Below are positions 9,749 to 18,389 of a DNA stretch of 64,000 nt, one piece after another. The stretch is from an uncultured archaeon (GTDB lineage Archaea > Thermoproteota > EX4484-205 > JAAOZP01), in NCBI GenBank assembly GCA_938045545.1, contig CALIBN010000008.1:1-64000 (forward strand). The letters are read 5' to 3'. Position 1 is the stretch's first letter. Each line of letters begins with the position of its first letter. A program made the translations under genes and the position numbers. Under the pieces are notes generated by a model that saw nothing but the letters and a program-made list of their open reading frames with translations, did no database searches and was not told the origin of the DNA.

Positions 9749-9942
9749 CTAAGAGGGCTTTTTAGGGCTTGTCAACAACAATAGTATAATAATGAAGAAA
9801 GCGATGATAACGAAACCGATTATCGGGAATTGCAAGGGTGCATGTCATAGAGTATGGCTAGGTATAGAGCGAGTAGAAGAAACAGGAAGGTGAAAAACGA
9901 AACGATCGTAGCTGTTATTATGGTTTTATGCTCATCTTTCAA
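9749..9942 (-). pseudogene. Small two-TM membrane protein with a 1-nt frameshift
   Basis: MKDEHKTIITATIVSFFTFLFLLLALYLAILYD / LQFPIIGFVIIAFFIIILLLLTSPKKPS*; 194 nt. Confidence 0.4.
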
Positions 9943-10036
9943 CGAGAACAAGCTGGTTCCGTCAGCACACGCATTTGAGCGGTGCGCGCTTAACAGGCAC
10001 TACCTTCTTCCCCTGGTCTAGCTCTTTCTGACGATG

Positions 10037-10076
10037 GTAGTAACCTTTATTAGGTAGTACCAAAATATTAGTAGTA
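10037..10076 (+). promoter_or_regulatory. Three GTAGTA direct repeats at 17-bp spacing, candidate AbrB operator
   Basis: Copies at 10037, 10054 and 10071 around the TATA-like ctttatta upstream of the antitoxin. Confidence 0.5.
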
Positions 10077-10082
10077 CTAAGA

Positions 10083-10313
10083 ATGGAACACGAGGTCGTG
10101 GTTACCAGGAAGGGGCAGACGACCATTCCAGCGGAGCTAAGGAGGAAATACAATATCGTTGAAGGCACAAGGATGGTGGTAATGGATACGGAACAAGGAA
10201 TCCTCTTTAAACCCGCTCAGAACACCTTGGGTCTTGCAGGCTCAGGCTCCAAACGTGCGACGCCGAGGGAGATGAAAAGGTTGCTTGACAGGCTCAGGGA
10301 GGAGGATCTTTGA
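10083..10313 (+). CDS. AbrB/MazE/SpoVT antitoxin (VapB)
   Basis: VTRKGQTTIPAELRRKYNI.EG. Confidence 0.9.
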   Translation: MEHEVVVTRKGQTTIPAELRRKYNIVEGTRMVVMDTEQGILFKPAQNTLGLAGSGSKRATPREMKRLLDRLREEDL

Positions 10314-10690
10314 GCGTTTACGACACAAGGTTCTTCATTGAGCACTACTATTCTGGCGATGATGAAATCCTGAAAAGGACAACCAGCATGCTAAGGACAG
10401 ATAGGAACAGGATTATTTCTACAATAGTTGTCCACGAGGTCTTCAGGTTGACGCTGGAAAAAGAGGGGAGGGTGTTGGCCGAACTGAGGACAAGGCTTCT
10501 AGAAAAGGATTTCAAAGTGGTGGGCGTTGATGTGCAAACAGCCAAAGCTTCCGCCGAGCTCAGACATAAGTACAGGGTGCCGATGGCGGACAGCATTATA
10601 GCGGCGACAGCTAAGGTTTTAAATTTAACGTGCATAACTGACGATAAACATTTGACGCAGATGGACGAGATAAAGACGAAATGGATTTGA
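10310..10690 (+). CDS. VapC PIN-domain toxin
   Basis: YDTRF, VVHEV, MADSIIAATA, ITDDKH; 4-nt overlap with the antitoxin. Confidence 0.9.
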   Translation: MSVYDTRFFIEHYYSGDDEILKRTTSMLRTDRNRIISTIVVHEVFRLTLEKEGRVLAELRTRLLEKDFKVVGVDVQTAKASAELRHKYRVPMADSIIAATAKVLNLTCITDDKHLTQMDEIKTKWI

Positions 10691-11199
10691 CGAGTTCTGT
10701 TATTAGGCTGTTCGCCATCAGCAAACATTAATATTATTAACCCAGTGAGCACAGACCTTTATTTTTTCAGAAAGCTGTTTACCCTCGGATAGAATTCAGA
10801 AGGGTTTGCCGTTCGGATGATTTTTATGCTAATTTCTTTACCATAAAAAAGCTCGTTACAAGCATTAGAACAGAGGATAATGTTTAAGCCATGTTAAGGT
10901 TGATTTTAGAGGGTCTCGTTTGGCAAGATTGTCCATCTTAAAAATTAGTTTGATTTTTCTACTTCTTTTTTTTCTGCAGCGCCTCCTCGTAATGTTCCTC
11001 TTTTAACTTGATAAAAATTTACACCGACCATTAACGCCGATAAGCCTCACGGTTTACTGCGAAGCAGGCACAACAGGATACTGCAACATAACTATACAAG
11101 TGCTGCTCCAGGCGAACCATGGATCATCAAACTTAACGGAACAGACTGGACTTCAGCAAGGGGAAAATGACACGGTGCGCCCATCGGTTTACTTAAAGC

Positions 11200-11355
11200 C
11201 AGAAGGGTTGAGAAGCCGAGAGAGTGAGAGAATAGCATTCGAAAGCTGGCCTTTAAAAGTCAAGAGTAGGCTTACGAGAGAGGAAATCTATGACTATCTC
11301 TAACACTATCGCTCCCTTGGACACTAACGTTCTGGTTAACGCATGCTATGATTAA
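11200..11355 (+). pseudogene. Second remnant of the antitoxin/VapC junction seen at 5001-5307
   Basis: IAFESWPLKVKSRLTREEIYDYL* overlapping MTISNTIAPLDTNVLVNACYD* (11290-11355). Confidence 0.7.
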
Positions 11356-11826
11356 CGCTTTTAACCGTAGGAGGATACCTCATGAACCTGAATCGATTTC
11401 CATATGGTGAATATTGTCTTTTCCGGTGCTTATCGCTCCGAATCCTGTGTCTTCGACGACTTTACTCATAAACCGGTGTTTCAGAACTACTTGAGCATCG
11501 GCTAAAGGTTCTCCATTACATGTAACTCTATGAAAGATGTAATCCATGGAGGCAACTATGTACGAGATCGCCCGGATTCGCTTATTCTTCTCCTCATGAG
11601 TGTTGTCGAGCGTGCGCGATTCGATTTGCCAGTGAAGCCTACCAGTGCTTAAGTAAATCTCTTAACCGTTACGGGTTCGTTTTAAAGGTTGGCGAAATAA
11701 CGCGCGCTAAAGGGCGTCTAAATCTTTCAGATTCGAAACTGAAGCTGGAATTCTGAAGCTGTTCGTTTTACGACACTATCGCAAAGCGTGGGCTTAAACT
11801 TTCTTCTACCGTGTTTCAGTTTCAAC

Positions 11827-12282
11827 TTAAGCGTCTTGCTGCTGTAATGTTTCTGTTTTCCTAAGCCTTACCTGCAGTATTCCGTTGGCATACTTCTCGT
11901 CTTGCAGTTCTACGCCTTTCGGCACCTGTATTCTTTTCAGAAAGTTTCCCCCTCCCCGTACTTCTAGCATGCCCCTGACGATTTTTACTTTCACCTCTTG
12001 CGCGGGACCTGGCACCTTCGCTACGAAGGTTATGTTTTCCTCCTCCTCAATAAGGTCGTAGAACCATTCGGGCTCCTCTAAGGCGGGGGCTTTCTCTTGG
12101 AAAATTCTCTTGACCTCCATCAACCAGTATATTAGAACCAGGGCCGCAACAGTTCCTATGATAACCCCCAGTATTCCTGCCTTCAGCTTAAAGAGCACTA
12201 TTAAGAGTATGATTACAACGGCTACTCCTACCATCAGCAGGTTTCCCAGAGTCTCATCCTTCTTCTCCCCCTCCCGCCTCAT
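11827..12282 (-). CDS. Hsp20/alpha-crystallin domain protein with N-terminal TM helices
   Basis: Two TM helices, then YDLIE....FVAKVPG...YANGILQVRLRK. Confidence 0.8.
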   Translation of the reverse strand: MRREGEKKDETLGNLLMVGVAVVIILLIVLFKLKAGILGVIIGTVAALVLIYWLMEVKRIFQEKAPALEEPEWFYDLIEEEENITFVAKVPGPAQEVKVKIVRGMLEVRGGGNFLKRIQVPKGVELQDEKYANGILQVRLRKTETLQQQDA

Positions 12283-12292
12283 GAGTCACACC

Positions 12293-15103
12293 CTAGGTGA
12301 GCTCAACCGTTATGTAATGGAGTTCAACCACTTCTTCGACGCGCACCAGAATCCCGATGCTCACCTTCTCCTCTACCTTCCATACTAATACTCTTTTAAC
12401 TTGATGAGCATCACATAGCTCTAGGAGCTTGGTGAGAAACGGCTGGACACTCACCCAGTCCTCATCAGAAATGTATCTAGTGTTCCCGTAATGGAAGGAA
12501 ACATCAGGGTTGACAGCTGTTGGCACAAGCACTGTTAAGCCTTCTTCTTCGAACACCTCCATTAGTCTAGCGATCCTTTCCTCCACACTCTTTTCAGGTG
12601 CTGGCGGAGGAGTTTCAACTCCGGCGACCTTGGCTAGGAATGCCCTGAAGCTTTCCACAACCGTGGAGCCTAAACCCACGTAGTATTCGCCGGTGAAGTC
12701 AGCCCCCACAGTCGCGATGGTTCCAAGCTGGGTGACAACACCACCTCCAGGCGCTGTGTAAACCGGTATGAAGAACACGTCGAAACCGCCAATCCTATAG
12801 AATATCTGGTTCCCCACGCGGGGGTTTCGCAGAAGGGTTTTCAACGTTGCATAATCCGGGTTTCTGTCCAACGCTTCGTTTATTGCAGTGGGGCCTAAAA
12901 GCTTGCTCTCCGCCTCAAGAGGCACCTTGAAGAAAAACATCTCGCCGGTGTGCGGATGGTCGTTTTTAACCACCATGTATCCGGCAAGATTTTCCCCTAA
13001 TGCTCCACGTAGCTCGAGCGACAGTATTCCTACAAACTCCAATTCTTTGAAGCCGTGGGGCTGGGCAATGATGTAATAAGTGTCGAGACCACTAGGCACG
13101 ATGTAGAACTCCTTGGCCGCGATGAAGGTCGAGGGGTCGGTGACATGGTAAAAGTTATACATGGAGATCCTCCATTCGAAGAGCTCCTCAGGATACCTGA
13201 TCTGGGTCTTTAACCATTCAGGTACGCCCGTGGAAACGTATTCGCTGTAAACCGTTTTAAAGAGTTGGCTGAAGTAATCTTCACCGGTAATTATCAGCTG
13301 AATATCCCCATGGTAAATGTTTATCAAAGCGTATCCAACGAGCCTCCCCAAGTAGTTTCCACGGCTCCACGGCACTTTTCCAGCGTCGAAAAACGCTATG
13401 AGGGGCATTATCCAGAAGGTTTGTTTACCATCGGTTACTGGCCATATGTCTATGCGTCGCCCTCCGATTTCATACGTGAAGTAGGGGAAGAGCAGCTGCA
13501 TGCGGTCGAAAACATCCCTGTACCTGAGAACCCGCATAGTAGTCGTAGGATAGGAAAGGAGGAAGTTTGGCTCGAAGACCCAGCTTAGAGGTGGAGAAAT
13601 ATCTACTCCGCCGTTGCCATCGTAGAAGTAGCCACCTACTTCGTCGCTCACTGTTCTCCCAACAGGGTATGCGATCCATGTCTCCCGAAAGAGCCCACCC
13701 TCCCCGTAGTAGATTCTCCTCTGGGGGAAAAACTTAGCGGCGTCAACAATTCTTCCAGTGTGAGCGTCAAGCATGAGGAAGCCGTTTGGTACATGCGTGT
13801 ATACGAAATGGATGGCGTACCATCGGTCTTCCTGCCTAACGGTTTGAGGCAGAATGAGGTCCATTGAAGCACTCCAGTAGAGCGTTCTGTTGAAACGAAG
13901 AATATCCGCGTCTGCGAAATCTATATAGGGTATTAGACCTATCTCCGGCCTTAGTTTGTCAAACGAGCCCTGCTGGTCCCAAAGGCGTACTTTTTCCAGT
14001 AGCTCTCCGTATTTCTTAACATAGTCGTCGATCTGGCTTGGAGGAATAGATGATAAACCGAACTCATACGGCACTTCCACTATCTTGTCCAGTTCTGCGA
14101 GATGCCTGTTTACAGAAATGGTTTGAGAGATATATGGGCCAAGCATCTCCAGCTTCCTCACGTTTGCAATAGTGTTGTTAAAAAACATCATGGAGCCGAC
14201 GGCTAAGCCTATTACGAGTAGAACGCCTAGGCGGAGGTATAGATGCCGGCCTTGTGAAGCAGGGTGCACCGCCACCTCTCTTCTCTTATCTAGGAGGGCA
14301 AAGATGGCTAAAGCAACACTGGTGGCGGCAAACCCCAAAATCTGGTACTTCGTATTATAATCGATGAAGGGGGTGAAGAAGCTGGTGAACATAAGCCATG
14401 AAACGAAGACCGCGGCCAAGCCCTGTATGGTCGGCGCAAACCTTCTCGGGTCCGGCATGCCTAAGCCGAAGATGTAGAATGCGAAGAGAGGCACGAATAA
14501 GCGGATAATGTGAGTCGCCGCAACAAGTATCAAGCGTATCCAGAGGGAGCGGAGTAATGGTGGAGCCAGAAGAGTCAATATCGGGATTAAGGGCATGATT
14601 TTTTCCTCGGCGTAAGCCATGTTCATGGGTGGAGTAGAGAAGGGGAGACCAAATATCCTGGGGAATGCTTCAACATGCGGGTTCCAACCCATTATGATAG
14701 CGTTTAAAGCCATGCCGAGCGTCACGTTTGCGAAGAAGACCGTTCCGACTAGGACTTTCGTAACCTGCCACACAAGAAACTTGAAGGGCCGCATTTTGAA
14801 ACTTTCGAAGTCAGGCAATATTGGGGGAGCAGTTTCACCGATGCTTAACGAACGGGCTAGCTTAAGTTTGCGCACGCTATTAATAAACCACCATGTTATG
14901 GATCTTCTGTTTTTAAAGTCTACTCTAAATAGGGCTAAGGCGGCAAGAACAAGCCCACCCAGAAGGCTGAAGAATAATGGTTTGAAGAACATGTCTCCGA
15001 ATTCTGAGAGATTAAGCCAGAAAACCACGATTTCGCGGCTGAGGAAAACAATGGAAACTGAAACAACCACTAGCATTATGAACAGCTGGTACGTGAAACG
15101 CAT
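12293..15103 (-). CDS. UPF0182-family membrane protein
   Basis: Multi-TM N-terminus; VRLWD, HFVYTH, RIYYGE, QIRYPEELF, YHVTDP..F. Confidence 0.85.
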   Translation of the reverse strand: MRFTYQLFIMLVVVSVSIVFLSREIVVFWLNLSEFGDMFFKPLFFSLLGGLVLAALALFRVDFKNRRSITWWFINSVRKLKLARSLSIGETAPPILPDFESFKMRPFKFLVWQVTKVLVGTVFFANVTLGMALNAIIMGWNPHVEAFPRIFGLPFSTPPMNMAYAEEKIMPLIPILTLLAPPLLRSLWIRLILVAATHIIRLFVPLFAFYIFGLGMPDPRRFAPTIQGLAAVFVSWLMFTSFFTPFIDYNTKYQILGFAATSVALAIFALLDKRREVAVHPASQGRHLYLRLGVLLVIGLAVGSMMFFNNTIANVRKLEMLGPYISQTISVNRHLAELDKIVEVPYEFGLSSIPPSQIDDYVKKYGELLEKVRLWDQQGSFDKLRPEIGLIPYIDFADADILRFNRTLYWSASMDLILPQTVRQEDRWYAIHFVYTHVPNGFLMLDAHTGRIVDAAKFFPQRRIYYGEGGLFRETWIAYPVGRTVSDEVGGYFYDGNGGVDISPPLSWVFEPNFLLSYPTTTMRVLRYRDVFDRMQLLFPYFTYEIGGRRIDIWPVTDGKQTFWIMPLIAFFDAGKVPWSRGNYLGRLVGYALINIYHGDIQLIITGEDYFSQLFKTVYSEYVSTGVPEWLKTQIRYPEELFEWRISMYNFYHVTDPSTFIAAKEFYIVPSGLDTYYIIAQPHGFKELEFVGILSLELRGALGENLAGYMVVKNDHPHTGEMFFFKVPLEAESKLLGPTAINEALDRNPDYATLKTLLRNPRVGNQIFYRIGGFDVFFIPVYTAPGGGVVTQLGTIATVGADFTGEYYVGLGSTVVESFRAFLAKVAGVETPPPAPEKSVEERIARLMEVFEEEGLTVLVPTAVNPDVSFHYGNTRYISDEDWVSVQPFLTKLLELCDAHQVKRVLVWKVEEKVSIGILVRVEEVVELHYITVELT

Positions 15104-15223
15104 TTAACGCGTGTAAGTGGATGTCATCGTATTTAAGCTTTGCACGGATGCTGTTATAATAGTCGGTTCTCATCAAATGCGTGAGGAAGTGGGGTACCGT
15201 TTTGAGAAGAAGGTTAAACCTTT

Positions 15224-15424
15224 TCAGCACACTAGCGGCGCTAAACAAAACGGTTGAAGAAACAGCTTGTTTATGAGAGCAAACAGGCAAGCTATGAGTA
15301 TGGGGCGACGAGTATGTTCAGAGCTCCTACGTCGCGACCTCTTGTGCTTCTTTTTCTTCTTCAGCTCCTCCAGTTTACTTTTCGCAATCCTATGTCTGAT
15401 ATACCAATGAGGAGCATCACTCAT
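15224..15424 (-). CDS. Small highly basic hypothetical protein
   Basis: LKKKKKHKRSRRR; GGAG upstream of the ATG. Confidence 0.35.
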   Translation of the reverse strand: MSDAPHWYIRHRIAKSKLEELKKKKKHKRSRRRSSEHTRRPILIACLFALINKLFLQPFCLAPLVC

Positions 15425-15694
15425 ATATAATCACTCTCCTTTAATACATTGACCTTGGTTTATCCCTAAGGACCTCACATTGGATTCGAAATGCAAAGTT
15501 TCTCTCGGCTTTAAAATCTTTCATCTTCCAATCCTCCTTATTGAAATTCAACTACAGCGTGCGCTCCTCCCTGCTCAATCCTACGAAACCTCCTTAAAAT
15601 GATCTCTATCATCCTCAGTTTCTCCTAGACGTTCATTCAGAAAGGCTTGCTAATAAGATAGTAGGATGTACGACGCTTGAGTGAACATGCGATG

Positions 15695-16102
15695 CTAAGG
15701 AATCTGAATTAATTTGGCCTGCACTATTTTAGGCTCTACGAGTCGGGAATCTGTCGTGATTAGGATTCCTCCCAGCATCTTTGTAGCCGCTAGGATATAG
15801 GCATCTACTAGAGAAAACCTGTCCCTATGAATACACTTTAAGCTTCCTGCGACACGTGTAAGCCGTTCATCCAAAGGCAATATTGAGATTCTGGAGTGTC
15901 TGATGGATGCACTCCTAACTTCGGCAGCCTCTCGACCAAGCTTCTCGCAGGTTTTATAGTAAAGTTCCGCGATGTTGACCTCACATGTATAACCCTCTGC
16001 CTTACCTGCTATAACTTCATCGAAAAAACCTTTAACACGATTATCCTCAGCAAAATAGAGAAGAAGCGGACCTGTATCAAAGATAAGCTTATCCTTTCTC
16101 AG
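15695..16102 (-). CDS. VapC PIN toxin, intact, probable CTG start
   Basis: Frame open from CTG 16102: RKDKLIFDTGPLL...NIAELYY...SLVDAYILAA...ITTD; GAGGAG upstream; overlaps the antitoxin end. Confidence 0.8.
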   Translation of the reverse strand: MRKDKLIFDTGPLLLYFAEDNRVKGFFDEVIAGKAEGYTCEVNIAELYYKTCEKLGREAAEVRSASIRHSRISILPLDERLTRVAGSLKCIHRDRFSLVDAYILAATKMLGGILITTDSRLVEPKIVQAKLIQIP

Positions 16103-16328
16103 ATGCTTCTCTCCTCCTCTCCTCTTGCAGCTCTTTTATCATTTGATACGTTATCTTCTTAAAGTTCTTATCCGCGCCGAAAAGATCCTCTAATGGGATA
16201 ACTGGGACAAGCAAGATTCCCTCATCGGTCTCTATGAACTTAACCCGTGAGCCCTTTTTCAGCTTGTACTTTTTTCTGATCTCTGCTGGAATTGTTACCG
16301 TACCTTTCTCGGTTATAGTATAACTCAA
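16089..16328 (-). CDS. AbrB/MazE/SpoVT antitoxin
   Basis: ITEKGTVTIPAEIRKKYKLKKG. Confidence 0.9.
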   Translation of the reverse strand: MSYTITEKGTVTIPAEIRKKYKLKKGSRVKFIETDEGILLVPVIPLEDLFGADKNFKKITYQMIKELQEERRREASEKG

Positions 16329-16498
16329 GTCTTTTTCACCATACTTATACTCTTAAAGTATCCCTATTTAACCTTTATGCATACATATGCTTTCTAATCT
16401 CCAACTCGCCGGGTTTCCAGATTTTTAGCAAGGCTGAATCGCCTTAATCTTGAGATCTGCTTACTTTCTTCTAAAGGCGTTTGCAAAAAGGATTCCAG

Positions 16499-16636
16499 CT
16501 CATATACCGTATGCAGGATCCAGAGGTTGTTATCCTACTTTTCACCGGTGCAAATTGGTGTGTACCGATGCGGTTAACAAGAAGATGATTTACGGGCCGC
16601 GCAAAACTGATGAACGAGTTAAAACAGAAAGGATTA
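16499..16636 (+). pseudogene. tbp: TBP 3' fragment, copy 4 (degraded)
   Basis: LIYRMQDPEVVILLF / KLVCTDAVNKKMIY / KLMNELKQKGL across two frameshifts. Confidence 0.8.
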
Positions 16637-16659
16637 CGATCAGATGAAGCTAATCTGGT

Positions 16660-16995
16660 TTAATCAGCTCTAGAAATTCGGTTTGGTGAGAGAATTTTAA
16701 TACTTTTGAATCTGCCCAGTGCTAGGAGATGTTTATTTCCTGTGATAATCGCATTGGCCTTCGCATAAAGGGCACAATCTAGGACTATATTGTATGCTGG
16801 ATCGTTGCGAATAATGTTGTCTAATGTCCTAGGTTCAATAGTTCTCAATATTATCCGGTAAAATCCAACGGCGCTGCTATCTAGTCTTCAGAAGGCTTGA
16901 ACTTAGGATGGTTCATAACCTTTTCAAATTCCTGTATTAATTGGAGTGAGATACAGCCGGTAACAATGCCATTTTCAACTAGTTCAACGATTTTA
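16660..16995 (-). pseudogene. PIN_3 (TIGR00305-type) toxin pseudogene
   Basis: IQEFEKVM.HPKF, internal stop, then DPAYNIVLDCAL...ANAIITGNKHLLAL. Confidence 0.7.
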
Positions 16996-17124
16996 GACAC
17001 GCGCGGTTGACACTCTAGGTTAAAGTTCCATTTTTACCCGTGACACGCTGTTGTGTTTTACAGACTTCAGCATATCCTTATAAGACATCTCGGCAAAGCT
17101 TAAATTGATTTTCGTTGATAACCA

Positions 17125-17763
17125 TTGTCAATGTTCAAGAAGAAGACCTTTCTTCTATTAATGGCTTTGCTTTTAGTTATAGTTATTACGGGTGGTGGAG
17201 TTTATTACTGGTTTGCGATGAGACCTGAGCCTTTACCCATCGTTAGGGGCGCGAAGGTCTTAGTCTTGATTGCCGACCGTTATAACCATGTGGAATACAG
17301 CTACGTGGTGGATGCTCTTGTGAGACAAGGGGCCGAGGTTACGGTAGCCTCGTTCGAAGTCAAAACCGTCACTTCCTATGACGGAGGCACTGTAAATTCT
17401 CAGGTGACATTCGAAGATGTGAAAGTGGACGAGTTTCACGCCATCTATATCCCCGGAGGCTATGCCCCTGAGGATTTAGCCAAAAGCGAGCTCGTGTTAA
17501 ACATCGTCCGTGGAGCTAGAACTAAGGGGCTCGTAATAGCGGCTATATGTCACGGCCCCTTGGTCCTAGCCAAGGCGGACGTCATTAAGGGCGTCAGAGT
17601 AACGGGTTACTCCGCCATTTTAAACGATTTGAAAGAGGCTGGCGGGATGGTTGTGAACGACCCGTCCGTCAGGGCTGGTTTGATAATAACGGGCGTAGAT
17701 CCTAAAGCCTTACCGTCGTTTACAAAGCTTTTCTTAGAAGCCCTAGAAGAGAGGATTAAATAA
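17125..17763 (+). CDS. DJ-1/PfpI-family protein with N-terminal membrane anchor
   Basis: YNHVEY, IPGGYAP, AAICHGP. Confidence 0.88.
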   Translation: MSMFKKKTFLLLMALLLVIVITGGGVYYWFAMRPEPLPIVRGAKVLVLIADRYNHVEYSYVVDALVRQGAEVTVASFEVKTVTSYDGGTVNSQVTFEDVKVDEFHAIYIPGGYAPEDLAKSELVLNIVRGARTKGLVIAAICHGPLVLAKADVIKGVRVTGYSAILNDLKEAGGMVVNDPSVRAGLIITGVDPKALPSFTKLFLEALEERIK

Positions 17764-18389
17764 AAACAGGAAGCCAAATCTTCCCTGGCGCATGCTAGCT
17801 CAAATCCACCTCCTACATCGCCTTTTTAGGCTAGAAATGATGTAGTTGGGGATTAAAATTAAGAAATAGTAAATTTGGGTTACATACAGTCCTTATAGAA
17901 AGGATGAGATATTTTCTATACTTTCGGACTGGAACTTTTGGGGGAAAAGGGTTTGATGTCGGACATGAAGGGGCATTTTACTTGGACAGGATTTTAAGCT
18001 TTTTTGAAGGTGTTGAAAAGGTAGTTTCGGTTTATGAGGTAAGGAGGAGCGAGAAAAGCTTTTTGCTAGCGCGCTACAACTTCCTGCTTTCATGAGGTAG
18101 TCGTTGAAAACAGAGTTAGCATGAAATTCTTCGAGTATCTTATGCAGCATTATATCGTTTTCTATTAGGTTGATGCTCTTGATTCAGATTTCTCAGCGCG
18201 CTTTATGGGTACTCTATCAGTTGGATTAAGAGGGTAAATCTTCATAGTAAGAATAGCTCCGAACCCTCGCATCAACCCCGGCCTCAACCGTCTCCTCTAG
18301 CGTGTGCCATCTTGTTTTCACATAAATACACATAGCATGCAACCCTCTTACACAACACTTATAAGTTTCCACATGCTTCCCATAGAGTC

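Noticed and set aside
11360-11530. Minus-strand Ig-like snippet (VTCNGEPLADAQV)
   Set aside because: Too short and interrupted to support a call.
17893-18150. Short overlapping ORFs on both strands
   Set aside because: No recognisable family or clear expression signals; probably fragments.
4200-18300. Classical integron or CRISPR array
   Set aside because: No IntI-like gene, no recognisable attC hairpins, cargo on both strands with its own promoters, and no regular repeat-spacer periodicity.
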